Shown here: positions 9,715 to 18,629 of the stretch, in pieces
Layout: the number at the start of each line of letters is the position of its first letter
Numbering within the stretch: the stretch's first letter is position 1
Assembly: GCA_050258155.1 (NCBI GenBank)
Contig: JBLMYG010000151.1
Location: 1-41,428, forward strand
Direction of reading: 5' to 3'
From: Acidithiobacillales bacterium
GTDB taxonomy: Bacteria; Acidobacteriota; Thermoanaerobaculia; UBA5066
Length of the DNA stretch: 41,428 nucleotides
The notes under the pieces: model-generated
Database searches by the model: none
What the model saw: the letters and a program-made list of their open reading frames with translations, nothing else
Told to the model about the DNA's origin: nothing
Program-made: the position numbers and the translations under genes

Positions 9715-10491
9715 TCACTCCCGCGCGGCGCGGAAGAAGACCTCGGCGCCCGTCCTCAGAAGGGCGCCGACCGAGTGGAGGATGAGCCGGTGCCCCTTCG
9801 CCACGAGGGCCTTCGCGCGCTCGCCGGTCGAGGCGACCGTCCCGACGAGGAGCCCCGCCTCGAGGACGGTCCTGGTGATCCGGTCGATCGCCTCCTCCAC
9901 TTCGGCACGGTCCGGCCCCTCCGGGAAGCCCATCGCCATCGAGAGGTCGCGGGGACCGATGATGACTCCGTCGAGCCCCGGCACCTTCAGAATTTCCGGC
10001 AGCGACACCGCCGCCTCGACGGTCTCGATCTGGGGGAGGACGAGCGTCTCCCTGTTGGCCCGGAGCACCCACGCCGCCTGAGTCTCCCCCGCGAGAAGCC
10101 AGCGGTTCGCCCGGACGGGCGCGATGCCGCGCTGGCCGAGGGGCGGGTACTTCACTGCGGCCACGAGCCTGCGGACATCCTCGGCCGTACGGACACCCGG
10201 CAGCATCACCCCCTGCATCCCGGCGTCGAGGAACTGGAGGATCAGCTTCGGGTCGGGGCCGCGCGGACGGACGAGCGGCGCCATCCCGGCGATCTCGCAG
10301 GCGCGAACGAAGCCGTCCGCCTCCCGCGGGCCGGCGGCTCCATGCTCCGTGTCGAGAATGAAGAAGGCGAAGCCGAGGAGGCCGACGGTCTCGACGAGGC
10401 CGCCGTCCGTGTCGGGCGAGAGAAGCCCGTAAACGGGGCCGGCGGCCTCGAGGCGGGCACGAAGGGTGGGGCGCGTCACCGGAGCGGTCAC
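9715..10491 (-). CDS. HpcH/HpaI family aldolase
   Basis: 258 aa with FFILDTEHGAAG, VRPRGPD, MLPGVRTAEDV, LPQIETVEA and DGVIIGPRDLSMAMG, typical of the TIM-barrel HpcH/HpaI aldolase family. The GTG start overlaps the upstream gene stop by 4 nt. Confidence 0.8.
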   Translation of the reverse strand: MTAPVTRPTLRARLEAAGPVYGLLSPDTDGGLVETVGLLGFAFFILDTEHGAAGPREADGFVRACEIAGMAPLVRPRGPDPKLILQFLDAGMQGVMLPGVRTAEDVRRLVAAVKYPPLGQRGIAPVRANRWLLAGETQAAWVLRANRETLVLPQIETVEAAVSLPEILKVPGLDGVIIGPRDLSMAMGFPEGPDRAEVEEAIDRITRTVLEAGLLVGTVASTGERAKALVAKGHRLILHSVGALLRTGAEVFFRAARE

Positions 10492-11672
10492 GCGCGCCGT
10501 GCCTCCGGGGCTGCCCCGCCAGCCCGCCGGCGACGGACGGCCCGGGAAACGCGCTCGGCGGCGGCATCGACCTCCTCCTCCGTCGTGAAGCGGCCGAGGC
10601 CGAACCGGATCGACACCTCCGCTTCTCCGGGCGAAAGCCCGATGCCGCGAAGGACGTGGCTCGGTTCCGGCGTCGCCGAGGTGCAGGCGGACCCGGCCGA
10701 GACGGCGATCTCTCTGACGTCCATCATCAGGCCGTCGGCCCGGACGCCCGGAAAGCCGATGTTCAGGTTGCCCGCGAGCCGCTCCTCCGGGTGGCCGTTC
10801 ACGAAAGCATCCGGGATCTCCGAGAGGAGCCGTGTTTCCAGCCGGTCCCTGAGGGCGCGGACACGCGAGGTCTCCTCGGCCATCTCCGCCACGGCGATCC
10901 GCGCGGCCGTGCCGAGTCCGACGATGGCCGGGACGTTCAGCGTGCCCGAGCGGAGCCCTCTTTCGTGTCCACCGCCAAAGAGGATCGGCTCGAGCCGCGC
11001 CCGCGGGTTAAGAGCCCGGACGTAAAGGACGCCGATGCCCTTCGGCCCGCAGATCTTGTGTCCGGAGACCGAGACGAGGTCGACGCCGATGGAGTGAACG
11101 GCCATCGGCACCTTTCCGAACGCCTGCGCCGCGTCGGTGTGGAAGAGGATGCCGCGCTCCTTGCAGAGGCGCCCGATCGCCGCGATCGGGTTCAGCGTCC
11201 CGATCTCGTTGTTCGCGGCCATGACCGACACGAGGATCGTCCGCTGGGTCAGCGCGGCCTCCACGGCCGCGGCGCTCGTCATCCCCTGCCGATCCGGCGG
11301 CAGGACCGTCACCCGGTAGCCTTCCGTCTCGAGCCGTCGGCACGGGTCGAGGACGGCGCGGTGCTCGATGGCCGAGGTGACGACGTGGTCTCCCTTCGCC
11401 CGGTTCGCCCGCGCCGCCCCGAGGATCGCGAGGTTGTCCGACTCCGTCGCCCCGGAGGTGAAGACGATCTCCCGCGGCTCGGCGCCGAGGGCCTCGGCGA
11501 CCTCCTCCCGCGCGACCGTCACCGCCGCCTCGGCGCGGAGGCCGAACGCGTGCGTCCGGGAGGCCGCGTTGCCGAAGTGCTCTGTCAGGTACGGGACCAT
11601 CGCCTCGAGGACGCGCGGGTCGAGCGGCGTCGTCGCGTGGTAGTCGAGGTAGATCGGGACCTTCAGGGCCAT
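10488..11672 (-). CDS. Cysteine desulfurase (NifS/IscS class, PLP-dependent)
   Basis: IYLDYHATTPLDPRV, GATESDNLAI, PLP-lysine motif SVSGHKICGPKGIGVLYV, and active-site Cys loop SAGSACTSA. Start chosen at ATG 11672 (MALKVPIYLDY). The track ORF allows 11696 or 11723. Confidence 0.9.
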   Translation of the reverse strand: MALKVPIYLDYHATTPLDPRVLEAMVPYLTEHFGNAASRTHAFGLRAEAAVTVAREEVAEALGAEPREIVFTSGATESDNLAILGAARANRAKGDHVVTSAIEHRAVLDPCRRLETEGYRVTVLPPDRQGMTSAAAVEAALTQRTILVSVMAANNEIGTLNPIAAIGRLCKERGILFHTDAAQAFGKVPMAVHSIGVDLVSVSGHKICGPKGIGVLYVRALNPRARLEPILFGGGHERGLRSGTLNVPAIVGLGTAARIAVAEMAEETSRVRALRDRLETRLLSEIPDAFVNGHPEERLAGNLNIGFPGVRADGLMMDVREIAVSAGSACTSATPEPSHVLRGIGLSPGEAEVSIRFGLGRFTTEEEVDAAAERVSRAVRRRRAGGAAPEARRA

Positions 11673-11731
11673 CCGGCGCCGCCCCCCGGGTTCCATCGTG
11701 GCGGGAGACGGGTCAGAATTCAAGCGACGTT

Positions 11732-12013
11732 ATGCGACACGTCCTCGTCTCCACGACCCGCCGGCACCAGCTCGCGGAGGAGCTGCGCGACGCCTCCGAC
11801 GGCCGGACGACGTTCCTCTCCGTCCGCGGCCTCGAAGAGACGCTCGAGCGGATCGGCCGCTCGGCGCGCCTCGACGCCATCGTCACGGACGATCCCGGCA
11901 TCGTGGCCGCCATCCGGAGCGAGATCCCGGGCGACATCCCCGTCATCCTCGCCGCGGACGACGAGGGGCCTCACGCCCTCCTCGACACCCTCGACGGAAA
12001 CGTGACGGCCTGA
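11732..12013 (+). CDS. Small hypothetical protein, truncated receiver(REC)-like pattern
   Basis: 93 aa with G/C-rich third positions throughout. The alternating beta/alpha-like pattern HVLVST...LDAIVTDDPGIVAAIRSEIPGDIPVILAADD resembles a CheY-like fold, but it lacks the N-terminal acidic pair and is short. Confidence 0.5.
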   Translation: MRHVLVSTTRRHQLAEELRDASDGRTTFLSVRGLEETLERIGRSARLDAIVTDDPGIVAAIRSEIPGDIPVILAADDEGPHALLDTLDGNVTA

Positions 12014-12023
12014 GGGGGAACCG

Positions 12024-13709
12024 CTACGTCCGCGCCCCTTCCATCTGGGCCCGCTTGTACTCGCTCCGCAACTCGGACTGGAGGCGGCCAAGGCGGTAGG
12101 CGTCCCGGTTGACGAAGCGACCCCAGCAGGCGAGCGCCGGGTGGGCTGCCTCGATCTGCCGCCACATCTCCTGCACGAGGAGACGATAGTCGGGATGCCC
12201 CTGCGGCATCGTCCGGAGCTCGCAGAAGTGGACGGCCTCCCGGAGGTTCATCCGGACGGTCCACCGGACGCGGAAGGCGAAGGGGACGACGTATTGCGCC
12301 TCGTACGGGAGGTCGTGGCGGAGCCTCTCGTGGAGCGAAGCAGCCTCCTCCATCCGCTCGCACCAGAGGGCCCTCCCGCCGATCTCGTCCAGCTCGGGCG
12401 GGACGTCGTAGCCGTGCGCCGTCGTGAAGAGCTGGCGCTGCTGCGACAGGATCCTGTGCCGGTGGAGGTCGCGGTAGATGCCGAAGTTGCCGAGAAGATC
12501 GAAGGTGTAGTCGACCGCCTCGAGGGCCCGCGGCGGCTTGTCGCGCCGGTGACGCCGGAGAGCGGCCAGCTCTGCCATCCGTGCGGCACGCTCCGCGGGC
12601 GGCATCGCGGCGACGCGCGCCCGGAGCGCCGGGAGCGGCTCGCCCGCCTGCGGATAGAGAAGCGCCGCGAGCACCTTCACGTCGGCGTCGGCGTCGACGT
12701 CGACCAGCCGGACCGGCCCGCGCGCGGTCGGCACCGACGGCAGGGTCCCGGAAAGCGACGGCCCCAGGGCGTGCGTCCCCTTCTGGAGCGCCGCAAGGTA
12801 CTCGCTCCTCTCCGCGCGCTTCACGAAGGCGGGAATCAGCTCGTCGAGCTCCAGCTTCAGCGCACTCCCGAGGCTGTTCAGCTCCGCGAGCGGGTGCGAC
12901 AGAAGCCGGACGAGAAGGTGCTCGTACGCCTGTCCCGAGGCGAAGACGCCGACGTTCGTCCGCGTGGCGCCCGGGAGGTACCCGCGCATGACGTCGCAAG
13001 CATGGGCGCGGACCGTCGCTCCGTAGGCCCGTCTCGCCATCTTCAGGAGCGCCTCGTCGCGGGCGACCTCGGCCCACGGAATGATCTCCCCCGTCTTCGG
13101 GTGCCGCACCTCGACCTGCTCGATCGGGAGGAGCCGCCGGATCCCTTCGATCATCGGCTCGATCTGCGACGCGTAGGCCGAGAAGAGGCGGTCCATCAGA
13201 CCGAAAAACTCCTCCCGGTCCCGGGACGCACAGAGACGCTCCTCGGGGTAGAAGAGCCAGCGCCCCTCGGCGTCCTTCTGGTCGAAGCGGACGTAGCGCG
13301 TCGACTTCTCGAGGAAGGCGGCGCCGACACGGCTGTCCTCGACCGCCTTGGCCGCGACGTTGGAGATCCCCTCGAGGGCCATGTGAGCGCCGCCGAGCTG
13401 CGCGACGGAGTCGTCGCCATAGCCGACGAGGACCCGCTCGTAGAACTCCCGCGCTCTCCGGAGCGCCGGTCGGCTCTCCGGCGTTCCCGCCTCCCCGGAC
13501 AGGACCTCCGCCGCCAGCCCCTCGCCTCCATGGAACTCCTCGAGGAAGACGCGGCGGAGGCTCTTCGACGACCGGCTGTACCGCGAAAAGAGCGCGCCGG
13601 CGACCTCCTGGGGGAGCTTCAGGCCGAAGACGTTCCGGTCGGTGTTCGTGAAGTAGGGAGAGAGGACTCGCCGCTCGTCCTCGAAGAAGACCTCGGCCAT
13701 TCGGGCCAT
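12024..13709 (-). CDS. thyX: FAD-dependent thymidylate synthase, long double-domain form
   Basis: Inside track ORF 12024..14357. The real start is ATG 13709 (MARMAEVFFEDERRVLSPYFTNTDRNVFGL). The ThyX signature HRHRILSQQRQ lies in the C-terminal half, and FSRYSRSSKS in the N-terminal half. About 561 aa, roughly twice a canonical ThyX. Confidence 0.8.
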   Translation of the reverse strand: MARMAEVFFEDERRVLSPYFTNTDRNVFGLKLPQEVAGALFSRYSRSSKSLRRVFLEEFHGGEGLAAEVLSGEAGTPESRPALRRAREFYERVLVGYGDDSVAQLGGAHMALEGISNVAAKAVEDSRVGAAFLEKSTRYVRFDQKDAEGRWLFYPEERLCASRDREEFFGLMDRLFSAYASQIEPMIEGIRRLLPIEQVEVRHPKTGEIIPWAEVARDEALLKMARRAYGATVRAHACDVMRGYLPGATRTNVGVFASGQAYEHLLVRLLSHPLAELNSLGSALKLELDELIPAFVKRAERSEYLAALQKGTHALGPSLSGTLPSVPTARGPVRLVDVDADADVKVLAALLYPQAGEPLPALRARVAAMPPAERAARMAELAALRRHRRDKPPRALEAVDYTFDLLGNFGIYRDLHRHRILSQQRQLFTTAHGYDVPPELDEIGGRALWCERMEEAASLHERLRHDLPYEAQYVVPFAFRVRWTVRMNLREAVHFCELRTMPQGHPDYRLLVQEMWRQIEAAHPALACWGRFVNRDAYRLGRLQSELRSEYKRAQMEGART

Positions 13710-13717
13710 CTTAGCCG

Positions 13718-14680
13718 CTACCGCGCCTCGAATCGCGCCACGACGAGCGGCCAGAGGGTCCGGCCCGGTGCGACGGGGCCCTTCGCGCCGTAAAGGACGG
13801 CATAGTACGACCCGATACCCTTCGAGAGCGGGATCTTCCCCTCGATCCGTCCGTCCCTCACCGAGAGGTCGCCCGTGCCGCCGTCCGCATACCTGAGCGG
13901 CGGCCTCAGGGCCGGATAGAGGACCACGAAGGCCTTCGGGAGCTCGTACGCCGACCGGCGCGCGATCTGCCGCCGTGTCAGGGGCGAGGGGAGGGGCTCG
14001 AAGGAGACCTCGAGGGCCCCCGCCGTCCAGCCGTCCGGGAGCTTCGCCCGGAACACCGCTGCGCTCCCGCGGGGGAGGGGGCCGGCCGGCATTTCGACCC
14101 ACTCGGCCACGCGCCGGACGAACTCTTCCGTCATCCGGAGCTCGCCACCTACCCAGGCCACACCGATGCCGACGTGCGTCCACTTCGGATCGAGGATGGC
14201 GCGGCGGTGGCCGTCGGCGGGGGGTCTTTCGGCCATCATCTCCCGGTGGACGTCGAGGAGGAGGTCCGCGATCTCGCCCTCGGTGATCCCCCGCCCCGCC
14301 CGCGACAAAGAGCCGACGTTCTCGGCCTCGAAGTCGACCCCTCCGGCCAGGGCCCATCGGAGGTAGGGGGAGCGCCCCGCGAGATCCCAGTGGCCCGTGA
14401 AGTTCTCGCCGGCCGATTCGGCGCAGAATTCGTCCCCGACCTTGGCCGCGAGGAGATCGTATTCCACGGGAGGTGCGCCATGCGCCTCGCGGTCAGCGTT
14501 GATCTGCCGGAGGAGCGCCCTCTTAGCAGCCGGCGCGCGCTCCGAATACTTGAGGTCGTCCCGCTTCGGGCCCCACCGGACGAACGATTCAGGCACCGTC
14601 GCCGACGGCCCGGGCGGTGCCCCGCACGAGGCGGCGAGGGCCAGCGCCGCCGCGGCCGCTCCTCGAAGCGCCCTTTTCAT
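13718..14680 (-). CDS. Lipoprotein with CAP/SCP (YkwD-like) domain
   Basis: Start at ATG 14680 gives [20 protein letters not shown] (lipobox LAASC). CAP-like motifs are [23 protein letters not shown], and [19 protein letters not shown]. Confidence 0.75.
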   Translation of the reverse strand: MKRALRGAAAAALALAASCGAPPGPSATVPESFVRWGPKRDDLKYSERAPAAKRALLRQINADREAHGAPPVEYDLLAAKVGDEFCAESAGENFTGHWDLAGRSPYLRWALAGGVDFEAENVGSLSRAGRGITEGEIADLLLDVHREMMAERPPADGHRRAILDPKWTHVGIGVAWVGGELRMTEEFVRRVAEWVEMPAGPLPRGSAAVFRAKLPDGWTAGALEVSFEPLPSPLTRRQIARRSAYELPKAFVVLYPALRPPLRYADGGTGDLSVRDGRIEGKIPLSKGIGSYYAVLYGAKGPVAPGRTLWPLVVARFEAR

Positions 14681-14769
14681 CGCGCCCCTCACGTCTCCCG
14701 CCTTTAGAATCAGGCCGCCCGTCCGTTCGCCGCAAGCTCGGAAAGTGCAGGCAGCCAGGAGGAGACGCC

Positions 14770-16041
14770 ATGTACGCAATAGAGTCGTTGCACGCCAGGG
14801 AGATACTTGATTCGCGCGGGAATCCGACGATCGAGGTCGAGTGTGTTCTGGAGGGGGGCGCCTCGGCCCGCGCGGCCGTGCCGTCGGGCGCCTCGACCGG
14901 GAGCCGCGAGGCGCTCGAGCTGCGCGACGGCGACAAGGCGCGCTTCGGCGGCAAAGGGACGCTGACCGCCGTCCGGAACGTGAACCATACGATCGCCCCC
15001 GAGCTGGAAGGCATGGACGGGAGGCAGCAGGCGGAGATCGACCGGACGATGCTCGACCTCGACGGTACCGAGTCGAAGTCGAAGCTCGGCGCCAATGCGA
15101 TCCTCGGAGTCTCGATGGCCGTCTGCCGCGCAGCGGCCGAGGCGTGCGCCCTCCCCCTCTTCCGGTATCTCGGCGGGCCGGGGGCCGTGACGCTCCCCGT
15201 CCCGATGATGAACGTCGTGAACGGCGGCGCGCACGCCGACAACCCGCTCGAGCCGCAGGAGTTCATGCTCTTCCCCGCGGGCGCCCCGTCCTTCCGCGAG
15301 GCGCTCCGCGCCGGGGCCGAGGTCTTTCACACGCTGAAGGGGCTCCTGAAGGCGAAAGGCCTCGCGACGGGCGTCGGCGACGAGGGAGGCTTCGCTCCCG
15401 CCGTCGCGACGGCACGCCAGGCCCTCGACCTGATCGCGGAGGCGATCGGGAAGGCGGGCTACGGGCCCGGCAAGGACGTCTTCATCACCCTCGACCCGGC
15501 AGCGTCGGAGTTCTTCGAGGACGGGACGTACCGGATCGAGGGGAAGAAGCTCTCCCCGGCCGAGATGGTCGCCTTCTGGGAAGGGCTCGTCGGGAGCTAC
15601 CCGATCGCCTCCATCGAGGACGGCTGCGCCGAGCAGGACCGCGAGGGGTGGAAGCTGATCACGCAGAGGCTCGGCGCGAAGATCCACCTCGTCGGAGACG
15701 ACAACTTCGTCACGAACCCGAAGATCCTTGCCGAGGGGATCAGGGACGGCATCGCCAACGGCCTCCTCGTGAAGATGAACCAGATCGGGACGATCACGGA
15801 GACCCTCGGGGCCGTCCGGATGGCGCAGCGAGCGGGCTACATCACCGTGATCTCTCACCGCTCGGGCGAGACCGAGGACACGACGCTCGCCGACCTCGCC
15901 GTGGCGACGAACGCCGGCTTCATCAAGACCGGCTCCCTCTGCCGGAGCGAGCGGATCGCGAAGTACAACCGCCTCCTCAGGATCGAGGAGGACCTCGGAA
16001 CGGACGCCGTCTGGCCGGGCCTCGCCGCACTCAAGTCGTAG
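14770..16041 (+). CDS. eno: Enolase
   Basis: [24 protein letters not shown]..., [17 protein letters not shown], and [25 protein letters not shown] lies just upstream of ATG 14770. The upstream part of track ORF 14617..16041 is discounted. Confidence 0.97.
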   Translation: MYAIESLHAREILDSRGNPTIEVECVLEGGASARAAVPSGASTGSREALELRDGDKARFGGKGTLTAVRNVNHTIAPELEGMDGRQQAEIDRTMLDLDGTESKSKLGANAILGVSMAVCRAAAEACALPLFRYLGGPGAVTLPVPMMNVVNGGAHADNPLEPQEFMLFPAGAPSFREALRAGAEVFHTLKGLLKAKGLATGVGDEGGFAPAVATARQALDLIAEAIGKAGYGPGKDVFITLDPAASEFFEDGTYRIEGKKLSPAEMVAFWEGLVGSYPIASIEDGCAEQDREGWKLITQRLGAKIHLVGDDNFVTNPKILAEGIRDGIANGLLVKMNQIGTITETLGAVRMAQRAGYITVISHRSGETEDTTLADLAVATNAGFIKTGSLCRSERIAKYNRLLRIEEDLGTDAVWPGLAALKS

Positions 16042-16092
16042 CGGCCTCCATCGCCGCCTTCCCGGCCCCGCCGCGCTGCGAGACAATGGGGC

Positions 16093-16596
16093 GTGCGCTT
16101 CACGAAAGTCGTCGGGCCGCCGGGAGGGCGCCCGCGCATCGTCGGCATCCGCCGCCTGCCGGGGCGCTACGCCGACCGGCAGAACGTCCGCCGGAGCGAG
16201 GAGCCGCCCGAGGAGCCCGAGCGGGCTCCCGCCGCGCGCCCCGAGCCCTCCGCTGTGAAGCCCGCGTCGTACTTCCTTCTCTCCCTCGTCTTCTCGGCTC
16301 TCCTCCTCGCCCTCTTCTTCGTCGGCGACCGGGGATTTCTCCAGATTCGCCGGCAGCGGACCCAGCTCCGCTCTGCGCAGGACGAAGTCGCGAAGCTCGA
16401 CGCCGAGAACCGGAAGCTGGAGGCCGAGGTCGCCGCGCTGAAAAACGACCCGCACGCCCTGGAGAAGATCGCCCGGGAGAAGCTGGGGCTGGTCCGGCCG
16501 GGCGAGGTCGTCGTCGTCCTCCCGGAGGGATGGGAACAGCGCGTGAAACCCCGGACAGCCAATCCTGGATTGGAGGGCGGCCCCTCGAAGCCCTGA
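16093..16596 (+). CDS. ftsB: Septum formation initiator FtsB/DivIC family
   Basis: Single TM SYFLLSLVFSALLLALFF, followed by coiled coil LRSAQDEVAKLDAENRKLEAEVAALKNDPHALEKIAREKLGLVRPGE. It sits immediately downstream of eno, as in E. coli. An in-frame GTG at 16255 would give a more typical 113 aa protein, so the start is uncertain. Confidence 0.7.
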   Translation: MRFTKVVGPPGGRPRIVGIRRLPGRYADRQNVRRSEEPPEEPERAPAARPEPSAVKPASYFLLSLVFSALLLALFFVGDRGFLQIRRQRTQLRSAQDEVAKLDAENRKLEAEVAALKNDPHALEKIAREKLGLVRPGEVVVVLPEGWEQRVKPRTANPGLEGGPSKP

Positions 16597-16640
16597 GGAT
16601 CCCCGGGGTCGCTGCCCTGCCTTCCTCCGCCCGCCGCCGG

Positions 16641-17102
16641 CTACGTGACGCGCGAGAGGTCCGAGAGCACCTCCGCCGCGTGCGTCGCCGGAGACACGTC
16701 CTCATAGACCTTCGCGACCTTCCCCTTCGAGTCGATCAGAAAGCTCTTCCGCCGGGCGATCCCGAAGGCCAGGTCCACGCCGTACCGGCGGATCACCTCT
16801 CCCTCCGCGTCGGCCAGAAGCGGAAAGGTCAGGCCGTTCTTCTTCGCAAATTTCGCCTGCGACCGGACGGTGTCCTTCGAGACTCCGATGACCGCCACGT
16901 CCGCCGGGAATTTCGGGCCTTCGTCACGGAAGGCGCGCGCCTCGATCGTTCACCCCGGGGTGTCGGCTTTCGGATAGAAAAAAAGGACGACCCGCTTCCC
17001 TCTGAGCCCCGAGAGCTTCAGCTTCTTTCCAGACTGGTCCTCGAGCGTGAAATCGGGAGCGTCATCGCCCGGCTTCAGGGTCGTACCCGAGAAGAAGCCC
17101 AT
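16641..17102 (-). CDS. bcp: Peroxiredoxin, Bcp/PrxQ family, with in-frame TGA (16952-16950) at the peroxidatic Cys position; candidate selenoprotein, otherwise a pseudogene
   Basis: Hand translation from ATG 17102 gives [105 protein letters not shown]...FLIDSKGKV. The frame is 462 nt (154 codons) and stays open apart from the single TGA. The track shows only the C-terminal 85 aa. Confidence 0.75.
16917..16934 (-). promoter_or_regulatory. Candidate SECIS-like hairpin downstream of the in-frame UGA
   Basis: On the mRNA: GCCUUC-CGUGAC-GAAGGC, a 6 bp stem and 6 nt loop with G and U. The stem starts 15 nt and the loop about 21 nt after the UGA. Only a short stem, and not validated by folding software. 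Confidence 0.35.
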
Positions 17103-17149
17103 TCCCGGACTCTACTCCCGCCACGGGAGAACGATCGGACCACCTTTCC

Positions 17150-17201
17150 TGTCGTTAGCACGTCAAGATGACCGGTCGGAATAGCAAGTGATCTGTCCGG
17201 T
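17150..17201. repeat. IS terminal inverted repeat (window-left end)
   Basis: TGTCGTTAGCACGTCAAGATGACCGGTCGGAATAGCAAGTGATCTGTCCGGT aligns with the reverse complement of 18562-18612 at about 40 of 52 positions with one gap (hand alignment). It contains two G(A/T)CCGGT motifs about 25 nt apart. Confidence 0.6.
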
Positions 17202-17303
17202 GGGTTAAAGAAAGGGTGTCTCGTCGTCGCGCGGTGGAAAAGTCGCATCCGCCGGCAAGCCGGGGGGCCTCAAGGACTTGCTCGGTGGATTTGGTGTGAG
17301 TCA

Positions 17304-18518
17304 TCAGGCGGCTCGAGGTGACGCGGGCCTGGGGGCTCGGACGCGCTGGTTAGGAGCCTCGAACAGCTTTCCGTCGGCGGCGTAGCGCCCCAGCAGGTGA
17401 GGCCCGTAGAAGGCGCTGAGGGTCTGATCGAGGTGGCGGCAGACCAGGACGCGGCAGCGGGCCAGCGAGAAGCGGAAGGCTTGAGGCGGAATCTGCAGGG
17501 CCAGAGAGCCCAGCGTGACGACGTTGTCGTTGGCGACGACCCGCTCGTACTGCAGGGAGAAGATCTTCTCCAGCTGCCCGCCGCGGTAGGGGACGAAGGC
17601 CGTCCCTTTCTGGGCCGGCTCGACAGAGAAGCGGCGGTTGTGCTCGGGCAGGAAGACCTCGCGCAGGAAACGATTGGCGTCCTGGATCGTCGTGATGCCC
17701 CGGAGACGAAGCTCCTGGGGAAGCCGCCCCTGCAGCGTGCCGTAAGAGCGCTCGCAGCGCCCCCGGGCCTGAGGCGAGTTGGCCGGGATCAGCTCGATGG
17801 AAAGCTGCGAGAGCGCCCGGCCCACTTGCGTCAGGTGGCCTTTCTGGGGCCGGCCCCCCGCCTTGGGGGTAAAGACGAAGTGGCTGGCCCGGTCCGAGTA
17901 GAGCGAGCAGAAGAGACCCTTCGTCTCGACCGTCTCCTTCAGGGCCGCCATGACGGTGGCCGTGCTCTCCTGCTCGGCCAGCTGGGCGTAGTAGAGCTCG
18001 CTGGTGGCGTCGTCCATCACCGACACCAGGTCCTGCTGTCCACCGTTGGGTCCCAGCCAGGCATGGGTGCTACCGTCGATGTGGATCAGCATCCCGGGCA
18101 GCGGCCGCCTCGGGCGCCTCCGGCGGTGGGCGCCTCGCCTGCGATGGCGCGCCACCAGCCCCGCCCCCTGAAGCGCGTTCTTCACCCACGTGTAGCTCAG
18201 GGGGATTCCGTGCTCCTCGTGCAGCTTCTCCACGAAGTGCCTGACATTGAAGTCGGCATACCGCTGCTGGTAGAGCCCCAGGACCTGCCGCACCGTCTCC
18301 ATCGGTACCCGCTTCGAGCTCGGCCTCCTCTGCCGCCGGTCGATCAGCCCGTCATAACCGTGCTGCTCGTAGCGCCATTTCCAGCGGCTCATCGACCGCG
18401 GCGAGATCCCCAGAATCTCCGCCGCCTGCATCCAAAGAATCTTTCCGCTGATGGCCCGCAAGATCACGTCCTGCATCTTCATGGCCCGCTCCAGAGCCGG
18501 GCTCGGGTAAAGCTCCAT
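17304..18518 (-). CDS. DDE (rve/integrase-core) transposase with N-terminal HTH, ISNCY-like
   Basis: HTH region [41 protein letters not shown]. Candidate catalytic residues lie in [18 protein letters not shown] and [11 protein letters not shown]. The real start may be ATG 18482 (MKMQDVIL). Confidence 0.9.
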   Translation of the reverse strand: MELYPSPALERAMKMQDVILRAISGKILWMQAAEILGISPRSMSRWKWRYEQHGYDGLIDRRQRRPSSKRVPMETVRQVLGLYQQRYADFNVRHFVEKLHEEHGIPLSYTWVKNALQGAGLVARHRRRGAHRRRRPRRPLPGMLIHIDGSTHAWLGPNGGQQDLVSVMDDATSELYYAQLAEQESTATVMAALKETVETKGLFCSLYSDRASHFVFTPKAGGRPQKGHLTQVGRALSQLSIELIPANSPQARGRCERSYGTLQGRLPQELRLRGITTIQDANRFLREVFLPEHNRRFSVEPAQKGTAFVPYRGGQLEKIFSLQYERVVANDNVVTLGSLALQIPPQAFRFSLARCRVLVCRHLDQTLSAFYGPHLLGRYAADGKLFEAPNQRVRAPRPASPRAA

Positions 18519-18561
18519 CCCCCCACCCCCAGATCCGGAGCTTCCCCCGCCCAGCCGTCAG

Positions 18562-18612
18562 ACCGGACACTTCACTTGCTCCTACCACCGGACATTCCAC
18601 GTGCTTACCACA
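18562..18612. repeat. IS terminal inverted repeat (window-right end)
   Basis: The reverse complement reads TGTGGTAAGCACGTGGAATGTCCGGTGGTAGGAGCAAGTGAAGTGTCCGGT. It has the same TGT terminus, AGCACGT block, AGCAAGTGA block and duplicated GTCCGGT motif as the left end. Confidence 0.6.
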
Positions 18613-18629
18613 GACGCCGAAGCGGTTCC

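Larger units (their letters stand above)
17150..18612 (-). mobile_element. Insertion sequence (single-ORF DDE element, ISNCY/IS481-like), about 1.46 kb
   Basis: Transposase ORF flanked by imperfect terminal inverted repeats starting TGT... and ending ...ACA. Composition is visibly less GC-rich than the flanks. It interrupts an otherwise core intergenic region. No clear target-site duplication was seen, so the ends are uncertain by a few nt. Confidence 0.75.

Noticed and set aside
8025-10081. ORFs 8025..9662 (-) and 8225..10081 (+), overlapping the radical SAM gene and the HpcH aldolase gene.
   Set aside because: Only frame 8076..9704 contains the CxxxCxxC radical SAM motif and family-like N-terminus. 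The alternatives are Arg/Pro/Gly-rich artefacts.
16899-17102. Treating the bcp N-terminal fragment and the 85 aa C-terminal ORF (16641..16898) as two separate genes, or as a plain pseudogene.
   Set aside because: The second piece has no independent start signal or catalytic motif. The two pieces are in the same frame, separated only by a TGA exactly at the catalytic Cys position. Pseudogene status cannot be excluded without Sec-machinery or read evidence, so it is kept as an alternative under the main finding rather than as the primary call.
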